Virus record (IMG/VR): IMGVR_UViG_3300025529_000015
Coordinates: 1-40,454 of that record
Strand: one strand, 5' to 3'
DNA from: a virus
Lineage: Duplodnaviria > Caudoviricetes
Length of the DNA: 40,454 nucleotides
In this document: positions 16,391 through 25,628 of the stretch, piece after piece
How the letters are laid out: each line of letters starts with the position of its first letter
Position numbering within the stretch: the stretch's first letter is position 1
Made by a program: the position numbers and the translations under genes
The notes under the pieces: generated by a model
What the model saw: the letters and a program-made list of their open reading frames with translations, nothing else
What the model was told of the DNA's origin: nothing
Databases searched by the model: none

Positions 16391-16519
16391 ATGAAATGTG
16401 AGAAGTGTATTTGGTCAGACCGGAGACCGGGCAACAAGATTGTGTGCCCGTTTTCTCGTTGTGTTTATGGGGATGGTTGGACTGAGAAGAGCAAGAAAGG
16501 AGTGGATAAGGATGGTTAA
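16391..16519 (+). CDS. 42-aa Cys-rich ORF, not in ORF track
   Basis: MKCEKCIW...VCPFSRCV; RBS AAAGGA. Confidence 0.5.
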   Translation: MKCEKCIWSDRRPGNKIVCPFSRCVYGDGWTEKSKKGVDKDG

Positions 16520-16730
16520 CTTTCTTTTGTGGTCAGAAGTCCTGTTTAGAATCTTGTCGGTGATTACCTTAATATCGCTCATCGCCTCTTCTGGTTACTC
16601 TATCAAGCTTGATTCAGATCGAAAGAAGGAAATAAACAGATTGAGGGAATTGAATGATGAAATTGCATTACTGATGGATGTGCCGGTTAAGAAAGCGAAA
16701 GAGTTTTTGCAAGGAAAACAAGACGTGTGA
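16512..16730 (+). CDS. Small membrane-anchored protein
   Basis: RBS AAAGGAGTGG before MVNFLLW; one hydrophobic segment then charged helix. Confidence 0.55.
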   Translation: MVNFLLWSEVLFRILSVITLISLIASSGYSIKLDSDRKKEINRLRELNDEIALLMDVPVKKAKEFLQGKQDV

Positions 16731-16736
16731 AAGTTC

Positions 16737-16785
16737 ACGGGTCCTTCTGAGAGATGAATTCCTTAGCGGGTGCGTTCGACCCCAA
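16737..16785 (+). other. Candidate cos site (cosQ- and cosN-like)
   Basis: GGGTCCT at 16739-16745, dyad GGGT-GCGTTCG-ACCC at 16768-16782, just upstream of small terminase. Confidence 0.6.
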
Positions 16786-16872
16786 AAACGGTCCAGTTTC
16801 TGGCTCAAAAAGGTCATTTCGCTTTCGCATGTTACAATCTTGGGAAATAATTTTGGGAGGTGGTAGGAAGCC

Positions 16873-17481
16873 ATGGCGCGCAAGGGTTCTGAGGGAAATG
16901 AATATATCGTCACAACGAAGCAAATTAGCGAAATTTTGGGTTTATCCACTAGAAGAATCCAACAATTAGCGAAAGAAGATGCGTTAGTTCGCGCTTCGCA
17001 TGGAAAATTTGATCTTCCAGCCTCCATAAAATCCTATATTGAATACCTATTAGAGCGCGAACAATCAGACAATGAACTAGATAAAACCGAAGAGGAAGCG
17101 AAATGGACCAGGGCTCGGAGGCAGAAAACAGAGCTTGAACTGCAAATCATGCGTGGAGAATTGCACAGATCGGAAGACGTGAAACGAGTTATGAATGATA
17201 TGCTGGGTAATTTCCGGGCGAAATTGCTGGCTTTACCGACGAAAATGGCGCCGCAGGTATTAGGTTTAACCGAAATACCACCGATTAAGGAAAAATTAAA
17301 GGCGGCTATCTATGAAGCTATGTCCGAACTGTCTGATTATGACCCAAACGTCTTCTACGATATCAGCAAAGATAAAATGTTCCTGGAAGACGATGAAGAA
17401 GACGATGAGTTAGATCTGGAGGAAGTTGAATTGGCAAAACGAAAGGTCAAACGAGATGGACGGCCAAAGAAAAAGCAATAA
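16873..17481 (+). CDS. Terminase small subunit (Nu1-like)
   Basis: N-terminal wHTH (ISEILGLSTRRIQQL), coiled coil, precedes large subunit. Confidence 0.85.
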   Translation: MARKGSEGNEYIVTTKQISEILGLSTRRIQQLAKEDALVRASHGKFDLPASIKSYIEYLLEREQSDNELDKTEEEAKWTRARRQKTELELQIMRGELHRSEDVKRVMNDMLGNFRAKLLALPTKMAPQVLGLTEIPPIKEKLKAAIYEAMSELSDYDPNVFYDISKDKMFLEDDEEDDELDLEEVELAKRKVKRDGRPKKKQ

Positions 17482-19252
17482 AACGGAAAATCTGTTCCGT
17501 GAAATTGTTAAAAATACGCTGGCCCCTCCTCCAGATTTGACCGTATCGGAATGGGCAGATGCATATAGACGGCTTTCTAGCGAATCATCGGCGGAACCAG
17601 GTCAGTGGAGAACCGACAGGGCTCCTTATCAGCGCGAAATTATGGACGCGGTGAATGATCCGGAAGTTGAAAAAATTGTGATTATGGCAAGCGCCCAGGT
17701 CGGTAAGTCTGAAATTCTTTTAAATACGATCGGGTATCACATTGATTTTGATCCGGCTCCGATTTTGATGATACAACCGACAGAAGCAAAGGCCAAAGAC
17801 TTTTCTAAAGAACGACTGGCACCCATGATCAGGGATACTCCGGTTTTGCGAAATAAGGTATCTGACGTGAAAACACGCGACGGAGGAAACACTACGCTGC
17901 AAAAATCTTTTCCCGGAGGATATATAGCTTTGGCTGGGGCTAATGCTCCATCTAGTTTAGCTTCACGTCCAGTTCGGATCCTCTTGGCTGACGAAGTAGA
18001 CCGTTTTCCGGTTAGTGCAGGAACGGAGGGCGATCCTCTATCCTTGGCTGAAAAACGGACAAACAACTTCTACAATCGGAAAAAGATTTTCGTTTCCACG
18101 CCAACCAACAAAGGTGCATCTCGAATAGAAGCGGAATTTGAGCTCAGTACACAAGAGCATTATCATTTGCCGTGCCCCTCATGTGGGAAATTACAACCAC
18201 TCCGATGGAGTCAAATACATTTTGACTCTGTTTGCCATGCCTGCAAATATTGCGGAGCCTTGCACAATGAGTACGAGTGGAAAAGCGGGAAGGGGAAATG
18301 GATTGCTTCCAACCCAGGCGCTGCTACTCGTGGATTCCATCTGAATGAACTCCTAAGCCCATGGAGAAAGTGGAAAGAAATCATTAATGATTTTTTAGAA
18401 GCTAAAAGAAAAGGTCCTCAAGCTATGAAAGTGTGGGTGAATACGGCACTCGGTGAAACATGGGAAGAAGAAGGCGAACAACTTGATGAAAGTGAACTGT
18501 ATAAACGATGCGAGGGATATCCTGCTGATCTTCCAGATGAAGTGAAAATCCTGACTGCAGCCGTTGACGTTCAGGACGATCGTTTTGAAATAGAAGTGGT
18601 TGGATGGGGTGAAGGAAAAGAGTCCTGGGGAATTGAATACCATGTGATTCACGGCGATTTAAAACAGCCACAAATATGGAATGAGTTAGATGAATACCTA
18701 TCTCGCACTTGGGAAAAAGCAGATGGGAAGAAATTCGGCATTGCTTGTACATGTATGGACTCTGGCGGACACTACACCCAAGAAGTTTATCGATTTACAA
18801 GAGAACGTGAAGCAAGAAGGATTTACGCAATTAAGGGTAAAGGGGAACAGAACGGTGAATATGTGCCTCTTATTGCAGGTTACACACGTACGAAACCGGA
18901 TAAAGCCCTTTTGGTGCACCTGGGTGTAAATGATGGAAAAGCACGAGTAATGTCTAATTTAAAAATATCAAAACCAGGTCCGAGTTATTGCCATTTTCCG
19001 ATTGGAAGAGGGTATAACGAAAAATACTTTGAGGGCCTTACGGCGGAAAAACTCGAGACTAGATACAAGCAAGGTATCCCCTATCAGGTATGGAAGAAAG
19101 TGAGAGAACGAAACGAGCCACTTGATCTTAGAGTTTACAATACGGCCGCACTCGAAATCCTCAACCCGAACTTGGAAAAAGAATATACCTCGCCTGTTCA
19201 AAAAAGAAGGAGAAGACGCCGCAAAATTGTGTCAAAGGGGGTTAGCTTATGA
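17456..19252 (+). CDS. Terminase large subunit (lambda GpA family)
   Basis: APYQRE, SAQVGKSE Walker A, LADEVD Walker B, STPT, AVDVQDDR, NEPLDLRVY. Confidence 0.95.
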   Translation: MDGQRKSNKTENLFREIVKNTLAPPPDLTVSEWADAYRRLSSESSAEPGQWRTDRAPYQREIMDAVNDPEVEKIVIMASAQVGKSEILLNTIGYHIDFDPAPILMIQPTEAKAKDFSKERLAPMIRDTPVLRNKVSDVKTRDGGNTTLQKSFPGGYIALAGANAPSSLASRPVRILLADEVDRFPVSAGTEGDPLSLAEKRTNNFYNRKKIFVSTPTNKGASRIEAEFELSTQEHYHLPCPSCGKLQPLRWSQIHFDSVCHACKYCGALHNEYEWKSGKGKWIASNPGAATRGFHLNELLSPWRKWKEIINDFLEAKRKGPQAMKVWVNTALGETWEEEGEQLDESELYKRCEGYPADLPDEVKILTAAVDVQDDRFEIEVVGWGEGKESWGIEYHVIHGDLKQPQIWNELDEYLSRTWEKADGKKFGIACTCMDSGGHYTQEVYRFTREREARRIYAIKGKGEQNGEYVPLIAGYTRTKPDKALLVHLGVNDGKARVMSNLKISKPGPSYCHFPIGRGYNEKYFEGLTAEKLETRYKQGIPYQVWKKVRERNEPLDLRVYNTAALEILNPNLEKEYTSPVQKRRRRRRKIVSKGVSL

Positions 19253-19473
19253 GTGGAATTACCTTAGAAGTAGCACAATCGCATTTAGAAGCGTGGCTTC
19301 AAGCAGAATTGGCCGTTTCTACGGGTCAAAGCTACAGCATCGGCTCAAGGCAACTGACCAGGGCTAATTTAACAGAAATTAGAAAGCAGATTAGCTTTTG
19401 GAGAAATGAAATTGCCGCATTGAGCGGAAGAGGAAGAATTAAAGCTCAACGATTTGTTCCACGCGATTTGTGA
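19249..19473 (+). CDS. Head completion protein (gpW-like)
   Basis: GQSYSIGSRQLTRANL; between terminase and portal. Confidence 0.8.
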   Translation: MSGITLEVAQSHLEAWLQAELAVSTGQSYSIGSRQLTRANLTEIRKQISFWRNEIAALSGRGRIKAQRFVPRDL

Positions 19474-21080
19474 GGATGATGATGAAGATGAATGTTTTTG
19501 ACAAAACAATCGAAGTTTTTGCTCCGAATTGGGCATTAAAACGAGCGGCTGCCAGGAAAAAATTGAACGTATTGAACCAAGGCTATGGGAATCACGGAGC
19601 CAGCACGAAGAAAAAAAGCCTTCTTGGGTGGATTAGCAGCCCCGGTTCAGCACTTGAGGATATTGAATTTAACATTGAAAAGCTTCGGGAACGGTCACGC
19701 GATCTTTATATGGGCGCCCCACTAGCAACTGGAGCGCTGAAAACATTAAGAACCAATGTCATAGGGGCAGGTCTTAAGCTCAATGCTCAAATTGACTATG
19801 AATATTTAGGGATGACATTAGATGAGGCGGATCAATGGGAGTCTGTGGTAGAGAGAGAATTCGCATTGTGGGCTGAATCAATCAATTGCGATGCGCAGCG
19901 AATGAATAACTTTTATGAACTGCAGCAATTAGCTTTTTTATCTTGGATAATGAGCGGGGATTGTTTTGTTTTATTGCCGATCATTCCAAGGCCAGGGATG
20001 CCATATGATCTTCGCGTTCAGATTATCGAAGCGGACCGTGTCTGCAATCCGGATCGATACGTGAATGATTTAGATTACAAGATTGTAAATGGGGTCGAAA
20101 TCAACGATATTGGAGAGATTGTTGCTTATCATATTGCTAAAAATCATCCCAACTCTGTTTATACGTCCCAGAATAGCTGGACACGAGTCGAAAAGTTCGG
20201 ATCAAAAACCGGTCGGCCGAATGTACTTCACTTGATGGAATCAGAACGACCTGAACAACGTCGCGGGGTTCCGATCCTGGCTCCAGTAATTGAAAGTTTA
20301 AAACAATTATCACGGTATACAGAAGCTGAGCTCATGGCGGCAGTCATCTCAGGTATGTATACCGTTTTTATTACCACTGAAACGAAGCAAGGAGAACAAT
20401 TTAATACAGGTATTGCAGATGAAGATCTCGTTGACGAAGAGGATGATGGATCAATAGAACTGGGAAATGGAACGATTGTGTATTTGGGAGAAAATGAAAA
20501 AGTCCAAGAGTCAAATCCTGGTCGGCCTAACACGGCGTTTGATGGATTCGTCTCTGCAATCTGCCGGCAAATTGGAGCGGCTTTGGAAATTCCGTATGAA
20601 TTGTTAATGAAAAACTTTACTGCCAGTTATTCCGCAAGCCGTGGTGCTCTGTTGGAAGCTTGGAAAATGTTCAGGATGCGGAGAGAATGGATGGCTAATG
20701 ACTTTTGCCAGCCTATTTATGAGGAATTTTTAGCGGAAGCTATTGCGAAAGGCCGCATTTATGCCCCTGGATTTTTCACAGATCCACTGGCCAGGAAGGC
20801 GTATTCCATGGCGGAATGGCACGGACCTTCCCAAGGACAATTGGATCCGTTGAAGGAGGTGACAGCGGCCGAGAAGCGCGTAGAAAACGGATTTAGCACG
20901 AGAACACGTGAAACGGTTGAATTAACAGGGGGCAACTTCTTTAAAAACAATAATTTGCGTGTACTGGAAGAGAAAGTGCGTAGGGATGGAGGGCTAATAC
21001 CAGCTCAAAATGGTTCAACCTCGAACGTTGATCCAGGCCAAAATCCTGACGATGAGGGGGTGAATACCGATGAAAATTAA
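19470..21080 (+). CDS. Portal protein, lambda family
   Basis: LRERSRDL, QRRGVP, SYSASRGALLE, LDPLKE; exact start uncertain among several Met. Confidence 0.93.
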   Translation: MRMMMKMNVFDKTIEVFAPNWALKRAAARKKLNVLNQGYGNHGASTKKKSLLGWISSPGSALEDIEFNIEKLRERSRDLYMGAPLATGALKTLRTNVIGAGLKLNAQIDYEYLGMTLDEADQWESVVEREFALWAESINCDAQRMNNFYELQQLAFLSWIMSGDCFVLLPIIPRPGMPYDLRVQIIEADRVCNPDRYVNDLDYKIVNGVEINDIGEIVAYHIAKNHPNSVYTSQNSWTRVEKFGSKTGRPNVLHLMESERPEQRRGVPILAPVIESLKQLSRYTEAELMAAVISGMYTVFITTETKQGEQFNTGIADEDLVDEEDDGSIELGNGTIVYLGENEKVQESNPGRPNTAFDGFVSAICRQIGAALEIPYELLMKNFTASYSASRGALLEAWKMFRMRREWMANDFCQPIYEEFLAEAIAKGRIYAPGFFTDPLARKAYSMAEWHGPSQGQLDPLKEVTAAEKRVENGFSTRTRETVELTGGNFFKNNNLRVLEEKVRRDGGLIPAQNGSTSNVDPGQNPDDEGVNTDEN

Positions 21081-22137
21081 TATTAAAGGGCCAATCATAC
21101 CTAACAGCGATCAATGGATCTATGATTGGTTTGGTGTTGAAGCTGTATCTCCTAAAAAAATATCAGATCAACTAAAAGAAGCCAATAATGAAGATTTAGT
21201 CGTTGAGATTAATAGCGGCGGGGGATCTGTGTTTGATGCCTCGGAAATTTATACAACCCTAAAAGATTATCAGGGAAAGGTGACCGTTAAAATAGTCGGC
21301 ATTGCCGCAAGTGCGGCAAGTGTTATTGCGATGGCAGGAGATAAAGTGATGATGTCGCCTACGGCCCAAATGATGATTCATAATGCCTCCGTTCGGGCCG
21401 AAGGCGATTACAGGGATATGGATCATGCATCGGCATTCCTAAAGAATGTAAATCAGACCATTGCAAATGCCTACAGCCTAAAAAGTGGTAAACCATATGA
21501 AGAGCTATTGTCCATGATGGATGCTGAAACATGGTTAACTCCACAGCAGGCATTAGAACACAATTTGATTGATGAAATTATGTTCGATAACCAGATTGTT
21601 CAAGCGGTGGCAAGTGCTGATTCTGGCATGATACCAAAACAAGTCATTGAAAAGATAAGAAATGAGTTGAGTGCTAATAAAACGGAACCTATCAATTCTT
21701 TGCCGAAAGCAAATGTTATGAATGCCAGCCATGAAAAGGAGGAAGAGGACAATATGGATATTGAAAAATTGAAAAATGAGTATCCTGAACTCTATGAACA
21801 AATTAAAAATGAAGGTTATGAGGAGGGCGTGAAAGCTGAAAATCAACGTATTCAAGCTATTGAAGAATTGGAACTACCAGGAAATGAAGAGTTGGTGAAC
21901 AAAGCCAAGTTCGAAACTAAAATCACCGCACAAGAATTGGCGGTTGAAATCATTAAAGCCGAAAAGCAAAGAGGTAAAAACTATTTAGAAAACCGATTAG
22001 AAGATGCGCAAACACTAAACAAAGTGCCAGGTGATGTTGCTCCGCAAGCCAGCGGAAAGGACGAAAAAGTGGAAGCTGCTGAAAAAGGGAAAAGCATTGC
22101 AGACATCATCAATAGAATGAGAGGAGCAGTGAAATAA
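21070..22137 (+). CDS. ClpP-type head maturation protease with C-terminal scaffold
   Basis: INSGGGSV, AASAASVIA, MMIHNA, ETWL. Confidence 0.92.
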   Translation: MKINIKGPIIPNSDQWIYDWFGVEAVSPKKISDQLKEANNEDLVVEINSGGGSVFDASEIYTTLKDYQGKVTVKIVGIAASAASVIAMAGDKVMMSPTAQMMIHNASVRAEGDYRDMDHASAFLKNVNQTIANAYSLKSGKPYEELLSMMDAETWLTPQQALEHNLIDEIMFDNQIVQAVASADSGMIPKQVIEKIRNELSANKTEPINSLPKANVMNASHEKEEEDNMDIEKLKNEYPELYEQIKNEGYEEGVKAENQRIQAIEELELPGNEELVNKAKFETKITAQELAVEIIKAEKQRGKNYLENRLEDAQTLNKVPGDVAPQASGKDEKVEAAEKGKSIADIINRMRGAVK

Positions 22138-22511
22138 TGGAACAATTAGCGAATACGATTGGGACATTTGAGTACGACAATTTATTTGCCGGTGGTGTTG
22201 CAAATGTTGTTACAGATACCGTCACTGTGAAAAGTGGACAATCGTATGTAAGAGGAACCGTGATCGCTTTGGATTCTGAGAAAAAGGCGGTTATCGTAGA
22301 TTCAGCATCTGCAGATGAAAGCGCAAAGGTACCATATGGAATTTTGGCTGATGACGTAGATGCTACTACGGAAGATGTTCCTGCAGTCGTTTATTTATCA
22401 GGGGAATTCAATCAAAACGCTTTGGTTTTTGGTGGTCATGACACATACAAAACGCACAAAGAAGCACTTCGTAAGATTGGCATTTTTCTAAAAGAAAATG
22501 TGAAGGCTTAA
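22137..22511 (+). CDS. Head decoration protein (gpD-like)
   Basis: RGTVI, GILADD, YLSGEFN, LRKIGIF; position before capsid. Confidence 0.85.
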   Translation: MEQLANTIGTFEYDNLFAGGVANVVTDTVTVKSGQSYVRGTVIALDSEKKAVIVDSASADESAKVPYGILADDVDATTEDVPAVVYLSGEFNQNALVFGGHDTYKTHKEALRKIGIFLKENVKA

Positions 22512-22527
22512 AGGGGGATATAACATA

Positions 22528-23562
22528 ATGGCAATCAGCATTTACGACACTAGAACATTATTAGCGGCGATGGAATCTTCGATGCCGGTCAATACCTTTT
22601 TAAAACAAACATTTTTTCCTAATGTGAATACTTTTACTACTGAAAATGTAGACGTGGATTATTATAAAGGACGCAGAAAAATGGCTCCATTTGTATCTCC
22701 GCGTTTACCTGGCAAGGTAATGGAACGACAAGGGTTTACCACTAAATCGTTTAAACCAGCGATGATCAAGCCACTTAGAGTTTTGACAGGTGATGATGTT
22801 ACAAAAAGATCGATGGGCGAAACTATCTACACAACCAAAACTCCCGAAGAGCGTGCGATTGAAATGATTGCACGAGACTTAGCGGAAATGGACGAAGCCA
22901 TTACTCGTCGGGAAGAATGGATGGCTGCCCAAATTTTATTTACAGGCAAAGTGGATATTATCGGGGAAGGGATTGATCAACAGTTAGATTTTGACTTCAC
23001 GAATAAAATGACGTTAAGCGGGACCGATTTGTGGACCGATCCCAACAGCGATCCAATCGCCGATTTGAAAAATTGGCGGCTAACGCTTATCCAAAAATCA
23101 GGGATTACACCGGACATTGTTGTGATGGCTGCAGACGTTGTAGATGCTTTTGTAAATCATCCTGCTGTGCAAAAAGTAATGGATAATACAAGGATTATTC
23201 TTGGGAAAATCGAGCCGCAGACTTTACCGAATGGAGTAACATATATTGGTTCGCTTTCTTCTCTCGGGCTTGACATATACAGCTATGATGAATGGTACTT
23301 TGACGAAGAATCGCAAACGGAAAAATCTATGGTTCCATCCGGTACAATCTTGGTAGGTTCTACAAGATCAAGGTCTTCTATGTTGTATGGAGCCGTGACA
23401 TTGATGGATTCTGCCACTAATTCTTTCCGAACTTACGAGGGTGCCCGCATTCCTGATACATGGGTTCAAAAGAATCCAGCAGCACGTTTCTTACAAATCA
23501 ACAGTCGTCCGTTACCTGTACCACACGAAGTAGACAGCTGGTATGTAGCAAAAGTAATTTAA
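22528..23562 (+). CDS. Major capsid protein (lambda gpE family)
   Basis: MAPFVSP, ITRREEWMAAQ, SRPLPVP; 344 aa. Confidence 0.93.
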   Translation: MAISIYDTRTLLAAMESSMPVNTFLKQTFFPNVNTFTTENVDVDYYKGRRKMAPFVSPRLPGKVMERQGFTTKSFKPAMIKPLRVLTGDDVTKRSMGETIYTTKTPEERAIEMIARDLAEMDEAITRREEWMAAQILFTGKVDIIGEGIDQQLDFDFTNKMTLSGTDLWTDPNSDPIADLKNWRLTLIQKSGITPDIVVMAADVVDAFVNHPAVQKVMDNTRIILGKIEPQTLPNGVTYIGSLSSLGLDIYSYDEWYFDEESQTEKSMVPSGTILVGSTRSRSSMLYGAVTLMDSATNSFRTYEGARIPDTWVQKNPAARFLQINSRPLPVPHEVDSWYVAKVI

Positions 23563-23581
23563 TGGAGGAGGGTGAGATCTC

Positions 23582-23926
23582 TTGGGTGTAAAGGTGATTA
23601 ATACCGTTCGACATGACGGGAAAATTTATGAAGCTGGACAAATCATACAAAAAATTTCAGATGATCAAGCCAAGCGACTCACTGATATGGGAGTCGCATT
23701 TTTTGTGGATCAAAAAGAAGCTTCAGAAACTCCGAGTGTTCAACTTACTGATGAACAGCAACAAATATATGCTGATCTGGATACTGCATATGGTTACGAT
23801 GAATTGAAACAAGTGGCTGCCAATGTAGGAATGACGTTTAAAGGAAACATTTCCAAGAAAGATTTGATACTTCAAATCATTTCTGAGAACAAAGTTGGCG
23901 AATTCTTGGAAGAAGAAGAGGAATGA
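23582..23926 (+). CDS. Hypothetical head-associated protein
   Basis: RBS GGAGGAGG; VRHDGKIYEAGQ N-terminus, ELKQVA..KKDLI helical C-terminus. Confidence 0.65.
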   Translation: MGVKVINTVRHDGKIYEAGQIIQKISDDQAKRLTDMGVAFFVDQKEASETPSVQLTDEQQQIYADLDTAYGYDELKQVAANVGMTFKGNISKKDLILQIISENKVGEFLEEEEE

Positions 23927-23927
23927 T

Positions 23928-24251
23928 ATGCTGCCAAACTTTAAGGATTTTTTAGCCGAAGACGTGAATAATGTGTTTTTTAATGCCAATGAATTTGCGA
24001 GTGAAATGCAGATTGACGGCGAAACTGTATCGGTAGTCGTGGATGACGATTTATTGCAAAAACACAACTTTAAAGCGGATGGAGAGGGGCTTGCACGAGG
24101 CGAGCTCCTTTTTCATGTGTCAGTTTCTTCGTTGAAAGAAAAACCATTCATCGGCAAGAGGATAAGAGTTGATAGCAAGCCGTATGAAATTATCAATATA
24201 ACTAAAGATTTAGGGGTTTATACCATCACGTTAGCGGGGTATCGATCATGA
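23928..24251 (+). CDS. Head-tail joining protein
   Basis: FKDFLAEDVNNVFFNANEFA; beta-rich; synteny. Confidence 0.7.
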   Translation: MLPNFKDFLAEDVNNVFFNANEFASEMQIDGETVSVVVDDDLLQKHNFKADGEGLARGELLFHVSVSSLKEKPFIGKRIRVDSKPYEIINITKDLGVYTITLAGYRS

Positions 24252-24826
24252 AGCCGAATGTAAACGTAGATGTAGAAATCGATAAAGTTATGCTAAAAAC
24301 GGTGCAAAAACGGCTTAGAGATGTGCCAAACAAAGCTCCTCAAGCCATTTCATCAGCCCTGAATAGGGCTTTGACCAACGTTGCTTCTAACATTAGCAGA
24401 GAAGTGAGGCAGGAATACAACATTAAAGCAGCGGATATTAGGGCGACTCTTTCCAAAACAAGGGCAAGTAGAGCCAATTTAACCGCAATTGTTAAAAGCC
24501 GCGGAAACCTCATACCGTTAGATCGTTTTAAAATATCGCCAAAAACCGTGAATCCAAAGCGGAAATCTCCTATTAGAGCGGGAGTTAAGAAGGATGGAAT
24601 GAAGTCTTTAGGGAGCGCATTTGTAGCGGATATCAACGGAATTAAGGTATTTCGTCGGACAACCAGTAAACGGCTTCCGATTCAGCGTTTGTTCGGCCCG
24701 TCTGTTCCACAAATGCTACAAAATGAAGAAATTAGAGAAAAAATCAATGCAGAAGGCGAAAAAACCTTCTATAAGCGCTTGGATCATGAAATCAATCGTA
24801 TTTTGGATCGAGGTGTTAGCTCGTGA
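24248..24826 (+). CDS. Minor tail protein Z-like
   Basis: AISSALNRA, RLPIQRLFGPSVPQM, RLDHEINR. Confidence 0.8.
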   Translation: MKPNVNVDVEIDKVMLKTVQKRLRDVPNKAPQAISSALNRALTNVASNISREVRQEYNIKAADIRATLSKTRASRANLTAIVKSRGNLIPLDRFKISPKTVNPKRKSPIRAGVKKDGMKSLGSAFVADINGIKVFRRTTSKRLPIQRLFGPSVPQMLQNEEIREKINAEGEKTFYKRLDHEINRILDRGVSS

Positions 24827-25290
24827 TTCCTACTGATTTGCAAGCCGGCTTAAAAGAAAGACTTTTAATTGCCTTTTCCGACACATTATTTAATTCTCCA
24901 AGCGGAGATCGTGTTCATTTGAACATTTTTGAACAAAATCTGCCGCAAAAATCGGATAAAGATCAAGATTTATTCCCGTTTGTCATCGTGAAATTGCTAG
25001 AAGGTGAGCAAAAGGGCGAACAAGACGAGAATGTAACGACTGTCGGTTTCGTTATAGGGACATTTGACGATGATAATCAGAATCAAGGCTATCGAGATGT
25101 AACACAAATTATCAATAAAATCGAGGAAGTTTTGAAAAAAGAACCGGTCATTAACAGGCAATTTACGCTTAAATATCCGTTAAAATGGCGGATTCTCGAA
25201 GAAGAAACAGATCCCTATTACTATGGAGCTGTCGAGACAAATTGGGAAATGCCTGCTTATGACCGTCAAGATTTGGAGGATTTGATATGA
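24823..25290 (+). CDS. Tail terminator-like protein
   Basis: FPFVIVK, PYYYG motifs; synteny. Confidence 0.65.
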   Translation: MIPTDLQAGLKERLLIAFSDTLFNSPSGDRVHLNIFEQNLPQKSDKDQDLFPFVIVKLLEGEQKGEQDENVTTVGFVIGTFDDDNQNQGYRDVTQIINKIEEVLKKEPVINRQFTLKYPLKWRILEEETDPYYYGAVETNWEMPAYDRQDLEDLI

Positions 25291-25628
25291 CAGAAGAAAA
25301 AGCAGCTGTTACAAGTGAAAATACCACTGCAAAACCAGTGAAAAAGGTTGTCGCTTCTGAAAAAACGGTAAAAGAGCAGAAAAACAGCAACGAAACAGTC
25401 GTGTATGTAGGAAGCAGCATTCCAAAAGCGGGGCTTCAACAGTTTTCGATATTTAAAAATGGTTTTCCGGCTTCGCTGGAAAACCATATCGAAAAATGCC
25501 CAGCGATTAAAGCGTTGATGGTTCCAGTCTCAAAATTGTCAGAGGCGAGACGCAACTTGGCAACACAAGGAACTGGCGAATATGTGCTGAATCAGCAAAT
25601 TCAATCCTATGCAAGGAGTGAAAAATGA
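25287..25628 (+). CDS. Hypothetical tail-associated protein
   Basis: Coupled ORF preceding sheath. Confidence 0.65.
   Translation: MTEEKAAVTSENTTAKPVKKVVASEKTVKEQKNSNETVVYVGSSIPKAGLQQFSIFKNGFPASLENHIEKCPAIKALMVPVSKLSEARRNLATQGTGEYVLNQQIQSYARSEK

Noticed and set aside
16398-16511. N-terminal extension of the 110-aa ORF 16398-16730
   Set aside because: A strong RBS precedes ATG 16512, and a separate Cys-rich ORF (16391-16519) explains the upstream DNA
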